From Verrucomicrobiales bacterium (GTDB lineage Bacteria; Verrucomicrobiota; Verrucomicrobiia; Verrucomicrobiales; SLCJ01): a stretch of DNA of 64,000 nt. The stretch lies in assembly GCA_046075565.1 (NCBI GenBank), contig JBJTQJ010000002.1:1-64000 (forward strand), read 5' to 3'. The position numbers and the translations under genes are program-made. Below, one piece after another: positions 28,299 through 37,852 of the stretch. The first letter of the stretch is position 1. Each line of letters starts with the position of its first letter. Below the pieces are notes generated by a model. That model did no database searches. It had not been told where the DNA came from and saw only the letters and a program-made list of their open reading frames with translations.

Positions 28299-28579
28299 CA
28301 GCGTCCATACTTCCGGCTAAGATGCTCCCGGTAATCCGACTCCTCCATCGGCTTGGCGGCCTTGCGCTTTTTCAGGGATTTCCGCCATGCGTCGAGGGAG
28401 GAGAATTTTGTCGGACGTTCAAGACAAAGGAGTCTCCGCTCCATTTCGGAATAAGCCTTCGCTGAGAGAATCACCGCAACCGCACGACCATTTTTGGCGA
28501 TCCCCACGGGTTCATGCGCCGCTGTTTCCAACATCTCGCCGAACCGATTTTTCGCTTCCGTGGCCGGGATCGTGTGCAT
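28298..28579 (-). CDS. Phd/YefM-family antitoxin
   Basis: IPATEAKNRFGEML...PVGIAKNGRAVAVILS; TGATG coupling to the PIN gene. Confidence 0.92.
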   Translation of the reverse strand: MHTIPATEAKNRFGEMLETAAHEPVGIAKNGRAVAVILSAKAYSEMERRLLCLERPTKFSSLDAWRKSLKKRKAAKPMEESDYREHLSRKYGR

Positions 28580-28585
28580 GGGAAA

Positions 28586-28613
28586 AAATTAGCTATTTTA
28601 GCTGATTTGTCAA
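28586..28613 (-). promoter_or_regulatory. Sigma70-type promoter with overlapping TAGCT operator for the TA operon
   Basis: Minus strand reads TTGACA-16 nt-TAATTT-6 nt-ATG; AGCTAAAATAGCT lies between the hexamers. Confidence 0.65.
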
Positions 28614-28681
28614 GTTTCCCGTCCATGCGTAAGTTCTCCGGGTGCAGGACAAAAAGTCAGTCAGCCTTCTCCCATCCCGCC

Positions 28682-28969
28682 TCAATCTTCCGATTTTCCG
28701 GCCTCCACGGCCCGATTTTTTGCAGCATAAGTGAAAAGATCCTTCGGTTGCCATGCCGGCTCCCGGGGAAGCACGCGGTTGAGCGCGCGGGTGATCTTGC
28801 CCATCAGATTCGGCGTCAGGCGTCGGCCCTTGCGTCCCTTGGCGACTTCCTTGTGGGTGAGGAACTCCCCTGAAGCCTCCACGAGCGCGTGGTTTTCCAA
28901 TCCCGCCTCCGCCATGATGGCATCGAGGGGCTGGACTCCGAATTCCCGGACCGATTTGTCATTTTCCAT
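28682..28969 (-). CDS. Small hypothetical protein (possible HTH-like DNA binder)
   Basis: 95-aa ORF with ATG; QPLDAIM...LTHKEVAKGRKGRRLT...DLFTY pattern. Confidence 0.7.
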   Translation of the reverse strand: MENDKSVREFGVQPLDAIMAEAGLENHALVEASGEFLTHKEVAKGRKGRRLTPNLMGKITRALNRVLPREPAWQPKDLFTYAAKNRAVEAGKSED

Positions 28970-29076
28970 TCACGAAAATAGCCCGCAGCGGCGCTTTCGC
29001 GATGAAAATATCCCAATTTTCACGTGCCAAGCGGCGAGGGCGTCGTTATGGTGCCCCATTCCTACCGGTTCCGCCT

Positions 29077-30015
29077 ATGGCACCTTCGGTTCTGCTCACC
29101 TCCTGCCTGTTCCGGAATACCCCGGGACCGCATCAGGCCGTGCTCAGCCAAGCGGGCCTCCGTGTGACCCCGTTGCGTGGTCCGCTGCCCGAATCAGAAT
29201 TGCTTGCCGCGCTCGGCGACTACGACGGGCTGCTCTGCGATGATGATGATGTGACCGCCGCCGTGCTCGACCGGGCTTGCCCGCGATTGAAAATCATCAG
29301 CAAGGTAGGGTCCTCCACCACATCGATTGACATGGAAGCCTGCGCACGCCATGGCGTCACGGTGGCCACCACGACCGGCATCAACCACCATGCCGTGGCG
29401 GAACTGACCATAGGACTCATCCTGTCACTGGCCCGTCAGATCCCCGCCACCACGGAAGCCATCAAGTCCGGGCGTTGGCGTCGCGAGCCCGGCAACGAAC
29501 TGCGCGACCGCGAACTCGGTATTGTCGGTCTCGGCCGGATCGGACAGGAAGTCGCCCGCCTCGCCCGCGCCTTCGGCATGAAGGTGCGCGCCTTCGCCCG
29601 CCATTGGCCGGAGGAGGTCGCCCAAGAGATAGGGGTCCTCCGCGCCGAATCCCTGCTTGATCTCGCGAGCACTGCCGACGTGCTCACTCTCCACCCCGCG
29701 CTGAATCCATCGACGAACGGCATGGTCGATCGCGAGTTGTTGCGGGCTATGCCGCCAGGCGCCCTGCTCATCAACACCTCACGTGCCGCCCTCGTGGACC
29801 ACAACGCCGTGCTCGAAGCCCTGGAAAGCGGGCATCTCGGCGGATTCGCCAGCGACGTGCCCGAAGCCGAGCCCCCGGATGCCGATGATCCCCTCGTGCG
29901 GCACCCGAAAGCCATCATCACGCCCCATGTCGGTTCGCTCACCTACCAGAGTATTCCGCGCTTATTGATCCGGGCGGCGGAAAATCTGGTGGAGTTTTTC
30001 CGTTCCCCGCGATAA
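29077..30015 (+). CDS. D-2-hydroxyacid dehydrogenase (SerA-like, no ACT domain)
   Basis: AVAELT, GIVGLGRIG, INTSRA, DV...EP and ITPHVG. Confidence 0.9.
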   Translation: MAPSVLLTSCLFRNTPGPHQAVLSQAGLRVTPLRGPLPESELLAALGDYDGLLCDDDDVTAAVLDRACPRLKIISKVGSSTTSIDMEACARHGVTVATTTGINHHAVAELTIGLILSLARQIPATTEAIKSGRWRREPGNELRDRELGIVGLGRIGQEVARLARAFGMKVRAFARHWPEEVAQEIGVLRAESLLDLASTADVLTLHPALNPSTNGMVDRELLRAMPPGALLINTSRAALVDHNAVLEALESGHLGGFASDVPEAEPPDADDPLVRHPKAIITPHVGSLTYQSIPRLLIRAAENLVEFFRSPR

Positions 30016-30030
30016 GAAGGAGCAGCGACC

Positions 30031-31191
30031 ATGCTCTTCTCCTACTGCACCAACCTACACCCCGGCGAATCGTGGGAGGAAACCTTCGATGCCCTCCGCC
30101 GCCATGTGCCAGGCGTCCGGCGTAAAATCCGCCGCACCGCCACCGATCCCTTTCCGCTCGGCCTGCGCTTGTCCGCTGTTGCCGCCGCTGAACTACGCGC
30201 CGACAAAGCCCGTCTGCGCCAGCTCCGCCGCTGGATCGAAGATGAAAACCTGCTCGCTTTCACCATCAATGGATTTCCCTACGGTCCCTTCCACGGCCAA
30301 CGCGTGAAGGAACAAGTCTTCGCACCCGATTGGAGCACACCGGAGCGGGTCACTTACACATCGAATCTCTTTTCCTTGCTCGCGGAATTGCTGCCCGAAG
30401 GCGCGGAAGGTTCGGTCTCCACCTTGCCCGGATCTTTTTCCGAATTCGTCGCTGCCGATCCATCGCGGCGTCCGGCCATCATCGCGAACCTGCGCCGCTT
30501 CGCCATCGAACTCGAAGAGCTTTCTTCGGTCAACGGACTCGATCTCCACCTCGGACTCGAACCGGAACCCCTCGGCTTGTTCGACAACATGGAAGGGACC
30601 ATCCGCTTCTTCGAAGAACTGACCGCCGGGCTCGCCGATTCCGAACGCTACCGGCTGCTCCGCCGCATCGGGATTTGTTATGATGCCTGCCACTTCGCTG
30701 TCGTGCATGAAGACGCGCCGACCGCCCTCGATGCCATCCATGCGGCCGGCATCCGTTTGTCAAAAATCCACCTCTCGAATGCCTTGCGTCTCAATCCTGC
30801 CGACGATGGTGCCCGCGCGGCGCTGGCCGCCTTCAACGAACCCACTTACCTGCACCAGGTGATCGGTCGCCGCGAGGATGGCTCGATTGTCCGCCACCGC
30901 GACATTCCCGATGCCCTCGCGGCCTGGCCGGATGGCTCGGTCGAATGGCGCGCCCATTTCCACATTCCGCTTTTCGCCGAACCGACCGCGCCATTGTCTT
31001 CAACCATCACCCACCTCGAAGGACTCGCCCACTGGCTGCACGCCCATCCGCTTGCCTGTCGCCATTTCGAAATGGAAACCTACACCTTCGGTGTGCTGCC
31101 CGAATCCCTGCGTTCACCCACCGTCGAAGACATGCTCGCCGAGGAATTCCGCTGGTGTGAGACCCGGTTCTTCACCCTGGTGGGGAGGTGA
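30031..31191 (+). CDS. eboE: EboE-like TIM-barrel protein
   Basis: YCTNLHPGE, LGLRLS, TINGFPYGPFH, VKEQVFAPDW, LEPEP, YLHQV, WRAHFHIPLF and EMETYT. Confidence 0.88.
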   Translation: MLFSYCTNLHPGESWEETFDALRRHVPGVRRKIRRTATDPFPLGLRLSAVAAAELRADKARLRQLRRWIEDENLLAFTINGFPYGPFHGQRVKEQVFAPDWSTPERVTYTSNLFSLLAELLPEGAEGSVSTLPGSFSEFVAADPSRRPAIIANLRRFAIELEELSSVNGLDLHLGLEPEPLGLFDNMEGTIRFFEELTAGLADSERYRLLRRIGICYDACHFAVVHEDAPTALDAIHAAGIRLSKIHLSNALRLNPADDGARAALAAFNEPTYLHQVIGRREDGSIVRHRDIPDALAAWPDGSVEWRAHFHIPLFAEPTAPLSSTITHLEGLAHWLHAHPLACRHFEMETYTFGVLPESLRSPTVEDMLAEEFRWCETRFFTLVGR

Positions 31192-31390
31192 GTATGCAAA
31201 GTGTGCCACCGGCGGGCATTCAGCAAAGCAGGCCTAAACCCGGAATAGTCCGTGAAAGCTGCAGGCTGGCTCGCCTGCCAACCTTCTGAATCCTTAACCG
31301 GATTCCCGATTTCCGCCCGAATCATCTTGACCAACCGCTGTTTTTGGTTTCGCCGGGGCCGGAATCGGTGTTTTGTAGGGGTTGTTGACA

Positions 31391-32086
31391 ATGGCAGTGA
31401 CTGCATCCAGAACCGGTTTCCTCTGTGTCGTTTCCGGGCCCTCGGGCTCGGGAAAGACAACCCTTTGCCGTAAGGCGCGCGAATTGGACCACTGCGCCTA
31501 CTCGATCTCCTGCACGACCCGGCAACCCCGCAACGGCGAGGTGGATGGGAAGGACTATCACTTCCTTTCGAAGCAGGAGTTCCTCGACCGCACCATGAAG
31601 GGGGAGTTTCTCGAATGGGCGAAGGTGCACGAAAATTTTTATGGCACGCTGCGCTCGGAGGTTACATGCCACCTTGAAGTTGGCACTGATGTGCTGATGG
31701 ATATCGATGTGCAGGGTGCGGCCTTGATCCGAGCCTGCGAGGACGATTTTATCCGGCGCTCGCTCGTGGACATTTTCATCCTACCTCCGACCATGGAGGA
31801 ACTTCGTTCCCGCCTGGCCGGTCGCAATACCGAGAGCGAGGAGCAATTGCGCTTGCGCCTCTACAATGCTCTCGAGGAAATGCGCCATTGGCGCGAATAC
31901 CAGTATGCCATTCTCAGCGGCTCGCCGGACGAAGATCTGGCCCGCTTCCGCGCCATCCTCCAGGCCGAGCGACTGCGTGGCCGCCGCATGCGCACGCCCG
32001 CATCATTGCTTGCCGACGGAGCACGTTTTGATGAACTCCCTGATCCCGCCGGGCTGAACCGTCAGCCGGACTTTTTCGGGGGCTGA
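31391..32086 (+). CDS. gmk: Guanylate kinase
   Basis: SGPSGSGKTT, SCTTRQPRNGEVDGKDYHF, FLEWAKVHENFYGT and DIDVQGA. Confidence 0.97.
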   Translation: MAVTASRTGFLCVVSGPSGSGKTTLCRKARELDHCAYSISCTTRQPRNGEVDGKDYHFLSKQEFLDRTMKGEFLEWAKVHENFYGTLRSEVTCHLEVGTDVLMDIDVQGAALIRACEDDFIRRSLVDIFILPPTMEELRSRLAGRNTESEEQLRLRLYNALEEMRHWREYQYAILSGSPDEDLARFRAILQAERLRGRRMRTPASLLADGARFDELPDPAGLNRQPDFFGG

Positions 32087-32109
32087 ATCTTATCCGACCG
32101 ATTCCCGCC

Positions 32110-32643
32110 ATGAACATCATCCTCGGCATCAACGGTTCCATCGCCGCTTACAAGGCGGCAGATCTAGCCAGTCAACTCGTAAAACGCGGCCACGATGTGC
32201 ACGTGGTCATGACAAAAGAAGCTGCGGAGTTCATCACTCCACTCACCTTGCAGGTGCTTTCGAAGAATCCGGTGACCGTCGATCTCTTTGATGAAAAGGA
32301 AAGCTGGCGACCCGGTCATATCGCCCTAGCGGATGACGCCGATTTGTTATTGGTCGCGCCCGCGACCGCACATGTGATCGCGCAATTTGCTCTCGGCCTC
32401 GCGCCAGATGCGCTTACGGCAATTCACTTGGCCACCCGCGCGCCGCTTCTTTTTGCTCCCGCGATGAATGGCAAGATGTGGGAGCATCCGGCCACCCAGA
32501 TGAATGTTGCCACACTCAAAGCTCGTGGTGCGCGATTCATCGGTCCCGATGCCGGAATGCTGGCCTGTGGTTACGAAGGCGCGGGGCGGCTGTGGCCGGT
32601 CGAAGGCATCGTTGAGGCGGTGGATGAGTTCTTTACCGCTTGA
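32110..32643 (+). CDS. coaC: Phosphopantothenoylcysteine decarboxylase (stand-alone CoaC, HFCD flavoprotein)
   Basis: GSIAAYKA, HIAL, APATA, PAMN and LACG..G.GR; ends before any CoaB domain. Confidence 0.9.
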   Translation: MNIILGINGSIAAYKAADLASQLVKRGHDVHVVMTKEAAEFITPLTLQVLSKNPVTVDLFDEKESWRPGHIALADDADLLLVAPATAHVIAQFALGLAPDALTAIHLATRAPLLFAPAMNGKMWEHPATQMNVATLKARGARFIGPDAGMLACGYEGAGRLWPVEGIVEAVDEFFTA

Positions 32644-32833
32644 GACGAGGGGATGGAATGGGGGGCACTTCCCACTTTCCCCGACTGCCATGCCGATCCC
32701 GGTCAATGGGCGGAATTCCCCTGGGTTTTGCCTATAATCACCGTAAATCGGGCGGGGAGATACCGAAAAAATTTCTCTCAGAATCGAAAATTTAGTTTGG
32801 CAATGTGAAATAATCGGGCTAACTAGCGCAAGG

Positions 32834-34453
32834 TTGGGAACGAGTGACTCCATCAGCCAGGAACGGGATGCGATACTGGACGATTTGGTCCAAGACTATC
32901 GTCATGCCCTCGACCAATCGACGGATGGCTTGATGATTGTGGAGGCAACCCCTTTGGAGGGTGCGGGCCCGAGGATTCTCTATGTCAACCAAGGGCTTCT
33001 TTTCCTTTCCGGGTGGGCAACGGAGGACCTGGTGGGCCAGCCATTGCAGGCGATTTTACCGCAGCCCGCGTTGGCAGATTTTCTTGCCCGCTTGCCCTTG
33101 GTAGGCCAGACCAACAAGCGCTACCACCTGCCTTTGCCGGTTCGCAAAGCCGATGGTCGCACCGAGACCTTGCGCTGGCTGGTGCGTGCGGGTTCGCGTG
33201 ACGCCGCAGGCAATGCGCGGCGCTACATTTTCGGGCTTCGCCGGCAGGAGCAAGCGCCTCCGGCCCTGACGAACGAGGTCGCTCTGCGTTCGGCGCGTTT
33301 GGAGGCCTTGGCCCAGGTCGCCACCGGGATCGCCCACGACTTCAAGAACGCGGTCTTCGCCGTGAAATCGAATGTTGGATTCGCCCGTGATGCCCAAAAC
33401 CGGGAAGAGCATAACAGTCATATCGAGGAAGCCATCGCTTGCTGCGACACCGCCGCTTCCTTCGCCCAACGCCTGCTGCGATTCGCACAGGGGGCCGGAG
33501 CAGGTAAACGCGACTTGCTCGACCCGGCGGCCATTGCGCACGAGGCCATCCGCATGGCCAGCTTCGGCTCGAATGTCCGTTGCAACCTGCATGCCCCTGC
33601 CGAAGTCGGGCGGGTGGAAGCCGATCCCGTGCAGCTCGTGCAAGTGCTCACCAACCTGCTCATCAACGCCCGGCAGGCTATGCCCGGCGGTGGCACCGTC
33701 GAGGTGGAAGTGGCTCGCGTCGAAGTCGAGCAGGGGACAAGTGTCGATTTGATTCCCGGAAAATACATCTCCTGGACGGTGCGCGATCGCGGCACCGGCA
33801 TCGCGGAAAATGATCTCGTCCGTGTGTTCGAGCCATACTATACGACGAAGAAGGAAGGCACCGGCATCGGATTGTCGACGAGCCTCGCCATCGCGCGGGA
33901 ACATGGCGGAATGATCAGCGCCACTTCGCGCCCGGGCGTTGGTAGCACGTTCATTGTCCTGCTGCCCCTCGCCGATTCGAAAGAAGACGCCTCCACTCCG
34001 ATCTCCATCGCTCCGGTGGACCCTGAAGTCATCTGCCCCATTCCCGGCAGCGGCGATATCGTCCTGGTGGATGATCACGACGCCGTGCGTATGGCCATGA
34101 AACATCAGATCGAAGCGCATGGCTACACAGTGCATCCCGGCAACAGCGGACTCGATGGTGTGCGTGTTTACCGTCAGATCTTGCAGGATGGCAAACGGCC
34201 GCTCGCGGTTTTCCTCGACCTCACCTTTCCCGGTGGCATGACCGGTGAAGAGGCCGCCCAGGAAATCCTCGTCCACGACCCTAGTGCTTTCCTTGTCGCC
34301 TTCAGCGGTCTCTTCTCCGACTGTGACGATGAGGAGCCGCCGCCCGGGTTCCACGCTTGCCTCTCCAAACCCTTCTCCCAGGAGCGATTGGTCCGCGTGC
34401 TTTCCAAGGCCGCGCGCAAGCTGCGCATGGCCTCGCCTTTCACGGTTGCGTGA
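32834..34453 (+). CDS. PAS-containing hybrid sensor histidine kinase/receiver
   Basis: PAS (ILYVNQG), H-box GIAHDFKN, NLLINARQAM, DRGTGI, FEPYYTTK, GTGIGL; receiver LVDD...LDL...KPF. Start codon uncertain (TTG). Confidence 0.92.
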   Translation: MGTSDSISQERDAILDDLVQDYRHALDQSTDGLMIVEATPLEGAGPRILYVNQGLLFLSGWATEDLVGQPLQAILPQPALADFLARLPLVGQTNKRYHLPLPVRKADGRTETLRWLVRAGSRDAAGNARRYIFGLRRQEQAPPALTNEVALRSARLEALAQVATGIAHDFKNAVFAVKSNVGFARDAQNREEHNSHIEEAIACCDTAASFAQRLLRFAQGAGAGKRDLLDPAAIAHEAIRMASFGSNVRCNLHAPAEVGRVEADPVQLVQVLTNLLINARQAMPGGGTVEVEVARVEVEQGTSVDLIPGKYISWTVRDRGTGIAENDLVRVFEPYYTTKKEGTGIGLSTSLAIAREHGGMISATSRPGVGSTFIVLLPLADSKEDASTPISIAPVDPEVICPIPGSGDIVLVDDHDAVRMAMKHQIEAHGYTVHPGNSGLDGVRVYRQILQDGKRPLAVFLDLTFPGGMTGEEAAQEILVHDPSAFLVAFSGLFSDCDDEEPPPGFHACLSKPFSQERLVRVLSKAARKLRMASPFTVA

Positions 34454-34466
34454 GCGGAAACTCGGC

Positions 34467-35345
34467 TCAATCGATCAGAGTCACGTCCACCGAGACCTCG
34501 AGCAATTGGTCGCCCGCGCCGATGGTCACACCGCGCAAAGGGCTTACATCCGAGAAATCGCGTCCCCAAGCCACAGTGACATGGCGCGAACCGGGAAGGA
34601 GGTTGTTGGTCGGGTCGGCATCGATCCAGCCTGCTTCGCCGCCGCAATAGACGGCGATCCAGGCGTGCGAGGCATCGGCACCAATGAGTTTCTCTTGGCC
34701 CGGCGGGGGGAGTGTTTCCAGATACCCGCTCACGTAGCGCGCGGGTAACCCAATAGAACGCAGGCAGGCGAGCGCGAGATGGGCGAAGTCCTGACAGACC
34801 CCCGCCCGATTCACCAGGACCTCGGCGACAGGTGTTGCCACATCGGTGGCGCGGGTGTCGAAGCGGAATTCCGCGTGCAGCCGTGCGATGAAGTCGCTCA
34901 CACACGCGAGCACTGGTTTGCCGGCAGGAAATGAAGGGCGTGCATAATCCGCGAAGTCTCCGCCGAGTGGAACCATGGGCGAGGCGAATCGAAATTCACC
35001 CGCCGCCGCATCCGCATTCAACTTTTCGGCATCGCAAGCACGGGTGATGTCATCCCAGCCCGGGGTCGAATCGGCATCGTGCGCGGCGGAAGGCCGCACT
35101 TCGACGAAGGAGGTGCTGGTGACCGTGAGGGATTCGTGTGCTCCTTCGACCTCGAAGTAGGTGGTGAGATTGCCGTGCGCGTCGGCGAAGGTGGAGCGTG
35201 CCACCGGCACCGGCGAAATTTCCAGGCGATGCCAGGGGCAAAGTTGTGAGGGAAGGGCGCGCGGTGCCAGGTGCGCGAGATGGTGCGATACGGTGACCGG
35301 ACTCGCGTATCGATAACAACTGCGATGGGTAACACGATAACGCAT
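34467..35345 (-). CDS. Transglutaminase-family protein (Bact_transglu_N + core)
   Basis: GVCQDFAH (Cys), ARYVSGY, SHAW (His), DPTN (Asp) and GRDFSDVSPLRG. Confidence 0.95.
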   Translation of the reverse strand: MRYRVTHRSCYRYASPVTVSHHLAHLAPRALPSQLCPWHRLEISPVPVARSTFADAHGNLTTYFEVEGAHESLTVTSTSFVEVRPSAAHDADSTPGWDDITRACDAEKLNADAAAGEFRFASPMVPLGGDFADYARPSFPAGKPVLACVSDFIARLHAEFRFDTRATDVATPVAEVLVNRAGVCQDFAHLALACLRSIGLPARYVSGYLETLPPPGQEKLIGADASHAWIAVYCGGEAGWIDADPTNNLLPGSRHVTVAWGRDFSDVSPLRGVTIGAGDQLLEVSVDVTLID

Positions 35346-35346
35346 T

Positions 35347-37827
35347 TCAGAAAACCCTCCTCGAGGCATGGCTGAAATAGTGTTCCGTCAGGCGATTCGA
35401 ATACACTCCGATGGAAGAAACGACGGCGGGGAAAAGTTCATCGGCGCTGCTTTCGGACGTGGCGGGCATCCGCGTCATCTCATCCGTCAATTCGCGCAAT
35501 TCCGGCAGATAACCCTTTGTCGGATCCCCTGGCAGATGAAGGGTTTCTTCTTTCAAGACCGCGACTTGCCGAGCGATCGATCGGGGATTGGTGGCATCCC
35601 GCACGAGGAGATCGACCACCGCATCCCATCGTGGCGCGGAATAATGACGGCGACGGTAGGTCATGGAGCTGTCACCGATTTCCAGCAGGGCTTCGAGGAT
35701 GGCCCGCTGATCGGGTCCGGCACGGCGGGCGGATTCGAGCAGGGCGGCAAGAAATAGGCAACGTTCGGCGCGGCGGCCGATTTCCAGGAACCGCCAGCCA
35801 TGGCCCCGGGTCATATTCTCGGCCTGCATGCCCGAGAATGCGGCCAAGTGGAGAATGAGGTTATCCAAAGCCTGGGCTAACAAAGCGGGTGTGCGCACAC
35901 TGACTTCCAGGCCTTCTCCGAACCGCGAGAAAAGCCGCCAGGTGTCATCCGACAGACGATCCCGTGCTCCCGCCGCGTTCACACGCAGGCGTTGCAGTAA
36001 CCACGGCAAACCATCCTCGACGGCGGGGTCGAATCCATGGGCAAGCAATTGTTCCAACATTTCCGGCGCATTCGCTGGAGGCAATGCGGCAAGCAAGCCT
36101 TCGCCGCGAATCAGAGCGATGCACGCGTCGAAGCCGCGGTGACCGTCGGCAAACCCCTCACCGATGTGACGGCGGAGTCCGGCGCGCAACATGCGGGTGG
36201 TTGATTCGAGTCGTTCCGCGTAACGACCGAGCCAGAAGAGTTGTTCGCCGATCCGGCTCGGCACTTCCGAAGCCGGCCGGTGATGGGCGACAATCGGTGT
36301 GCCGGATGTTGTCGCGGATTCCGCGAGAGAAACCCCGCCCCGTGCTCCAGGTGCCGGAATCCAAATATCTTTGGTAAGTCCACCTGCTTCGGCCCACATT
36401 CCCGGTGGTTGCACCGGATCCCCAATGCGAGCCAGACCTCCGCGCAAGGCAACCGCCTGGCGCCCTCCCGCGAGAGCGAAGGCGCGCCAGACGAATGGAC
36501 GGGCCACGAGTTTTCTCCCTTCGAGCGTGGGCGCGGTGCTGGCCTGAATTTCCTTTTGTGCCACCCACGCGTGGGGTTGCTCGCGGATCCTCGCGATCAA
36601 CTCGCGCTTTCCCGCGGCGTCCAGTTTGCCCGCGCGCACCGAGACGGCGCCGGAGTTCGAGGCAACGGGTAAAATGCAATAATGACCGATCTGGGAAGTT
36701 ACCTTTCCCAATACACCCGGTTGGCCGAGCCACCATGTCTCGACGAATGGGAGTTTCAGATCTTCGCCGAGCAAAGCGCGGCATACGCCGGGCAGGAAAG
36801 GCATGAACGCCGGCGAACCGGCCAGTCCCGAGCCGGGCGCATTGGCAATGGCGACATTGCCCGAGCGCCATGCTTCGATCAATCCTGCCACCCCGCTGAA
36901 GGAACTCGTCCAGAGTTCCAGCGGATCACATTCTCTTCCGGGAATCCGACGAAGGACCACATCCACGGGACGGAGCCCGTCGAGGGTTTTGAGGAACAAA
37001 CGGCGCTCGCGCACGGTCAGGTCCGCGCCTTCGACAAGCGGGAATCCCAGCAACCGAGCTTTATATGCGTGCTCGAAGTAAGCGGGGTGGGTGAAGCCCG
37101 GCGAAAGCACGACCACAGTCGGTCCATCGCGTCGTGGCGGGGCGAGCGCGCGCAGGGCATGGCGTTCCATCTCGAAGAACGAACCGAGCAATCCGATTTC
37201 GGCGGAGTTGAATTCCGCGGGAAACAACGCGGAGGTGATGGAGCGGTTCTCGACAACCTGACCGAGGCCGGCCGGCTGGCCGGAGTAATCACGCAGCACA
37301 CGCCAGAGCCCGTCGCTGCCGCGTAACAAATCACAAGCCACCATACTCAGATGGTGCCCGCCGGTGGGGAATACCGCGCGGGCGGATGGAAGATACTCGG
37401 GATTCGAGTGCACAAGAGCGGGTGGAAGAACACCATCTGCCAGCAGTTGGCAGGGACCATGAAGGTCCGCAAGCAGCGCCTCGAGAAGCACGGCGCGTTG
37501 TTCCACCCCCGCTTGCACCTTTTCCCACTCCTGCGGGGAAACCAGCAGGGGCACGACATCGAACTCCCATGGCCGGGTCGCGCCGACATCGCTGTAAACA
37601 TTGATCGTCGCGCCCTGATCCGCCAGCATGCGGTCGGCGGCTGTTTGTCGTTCGACAAGTCCGGGTAAACCGCCCGATTCGAACCATGGTAGCATTGTTT
37701 CCCAGTGCGCGAACGGTCGCGCCTTTGCGTCGAACAACTCATCCCGGCCCCCGTGAGCACGATAGGCCGGATGACCCGCGGACGGGGCATCGGAAGGATG
37801 GCGGGGAGGGACTGTTGGTGCGGGCAT
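35347..37827 (-). CDS. Circularly permuted type 2 ATP-grasp fused to alpha-E (DUF403) domain
   Basis: PWEFDVVP, QRA, AYFEHAY, LVEGADL, LKTLDGL, DPLEL, NAPGSG; alpha-E WLGRYAER and ENMTRGHGWRFLEIGRRAER, NPRS. Confidence 0.92.
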   Translation of the reverse strand: MPAPTVPPRHPSDAPSAGHPAYRAHGGRDELFDAKARPFAHWETMLPWFESGGLPGLVERQTAADRMLADQGATINVYSDVGATRPWEFDVVPLLVSPQEWEKVQAGVEQRAVLLEALLADLHGPCQLLADGVLPPALVHSNPEYLPSARAVFPTGGHHLSMVACDLLRGSDGLWRVLRDYSGQPAGLGQVVENRSITSALFPAEFNSAEIGLLGSFFEMERHALRALAPPRRDGPTVVVLSPGFTHPAYFEHAYKARLLGFPLVEGADLTVRERRLFLKTLDGLRPVDVVLRRIPGRECDPLELWTSSFSGVAGLIEAWRSGNVAIANAPGSGLAGSPAFMPFLPGVCRALLGEDLKLPFVETWWLGQPGVLGKVTSQIGHYCILPVASNSGAVSVRAGKLDAAGKRELIARIREQPHAWVAQKEIQASTAPTLEGRKLVARPFVWRAFALAGGRQAVALRGGLARIGDPVQPPGMWAEAGGLTKDIWIPAPGARGGVSLAESATTSGTPIVAHHRPASEVPSRIGEQLFWLGRYAERLESTTRMLRAGLRRHIGEGFADGHRGFDACIALIRGEGLLAALPPANAPEMLEQLLAHGFDPAVEDGLPWLLQRLRVNAAGARDRLSDDTWRLFSRFGEGLEVSVRTPALLAQALDNLILHLAAFSGMQAENMTRGHGWRFLEIGRRAERCLFLAALLESARRAGPDQRAILEALLEIGDSSMTYRRRHYSAPRWDAVVDLLVRDATNPRSIARQVAVLKEETLHLPGDPTKGYLPELRELTDEMTRMPATSESSADELFPAVVSSIGVYSNRLTEHYFSHASRRVF

Positions 37828-37852
37828 GGAGACAGCGTTTCGGAGCGGACAC

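Noticed and set aside
31192..31390. Possible riboswitch or sigma54 site between eboE and gmk
   Set aside because: Only short hairpins (GAATCC-TTAACC-GGATTC and GCAGGC...GCCTGC). The TGGCAC...TTGC spacing is wrong for sigma54, and no aptamer consensus was recognised.
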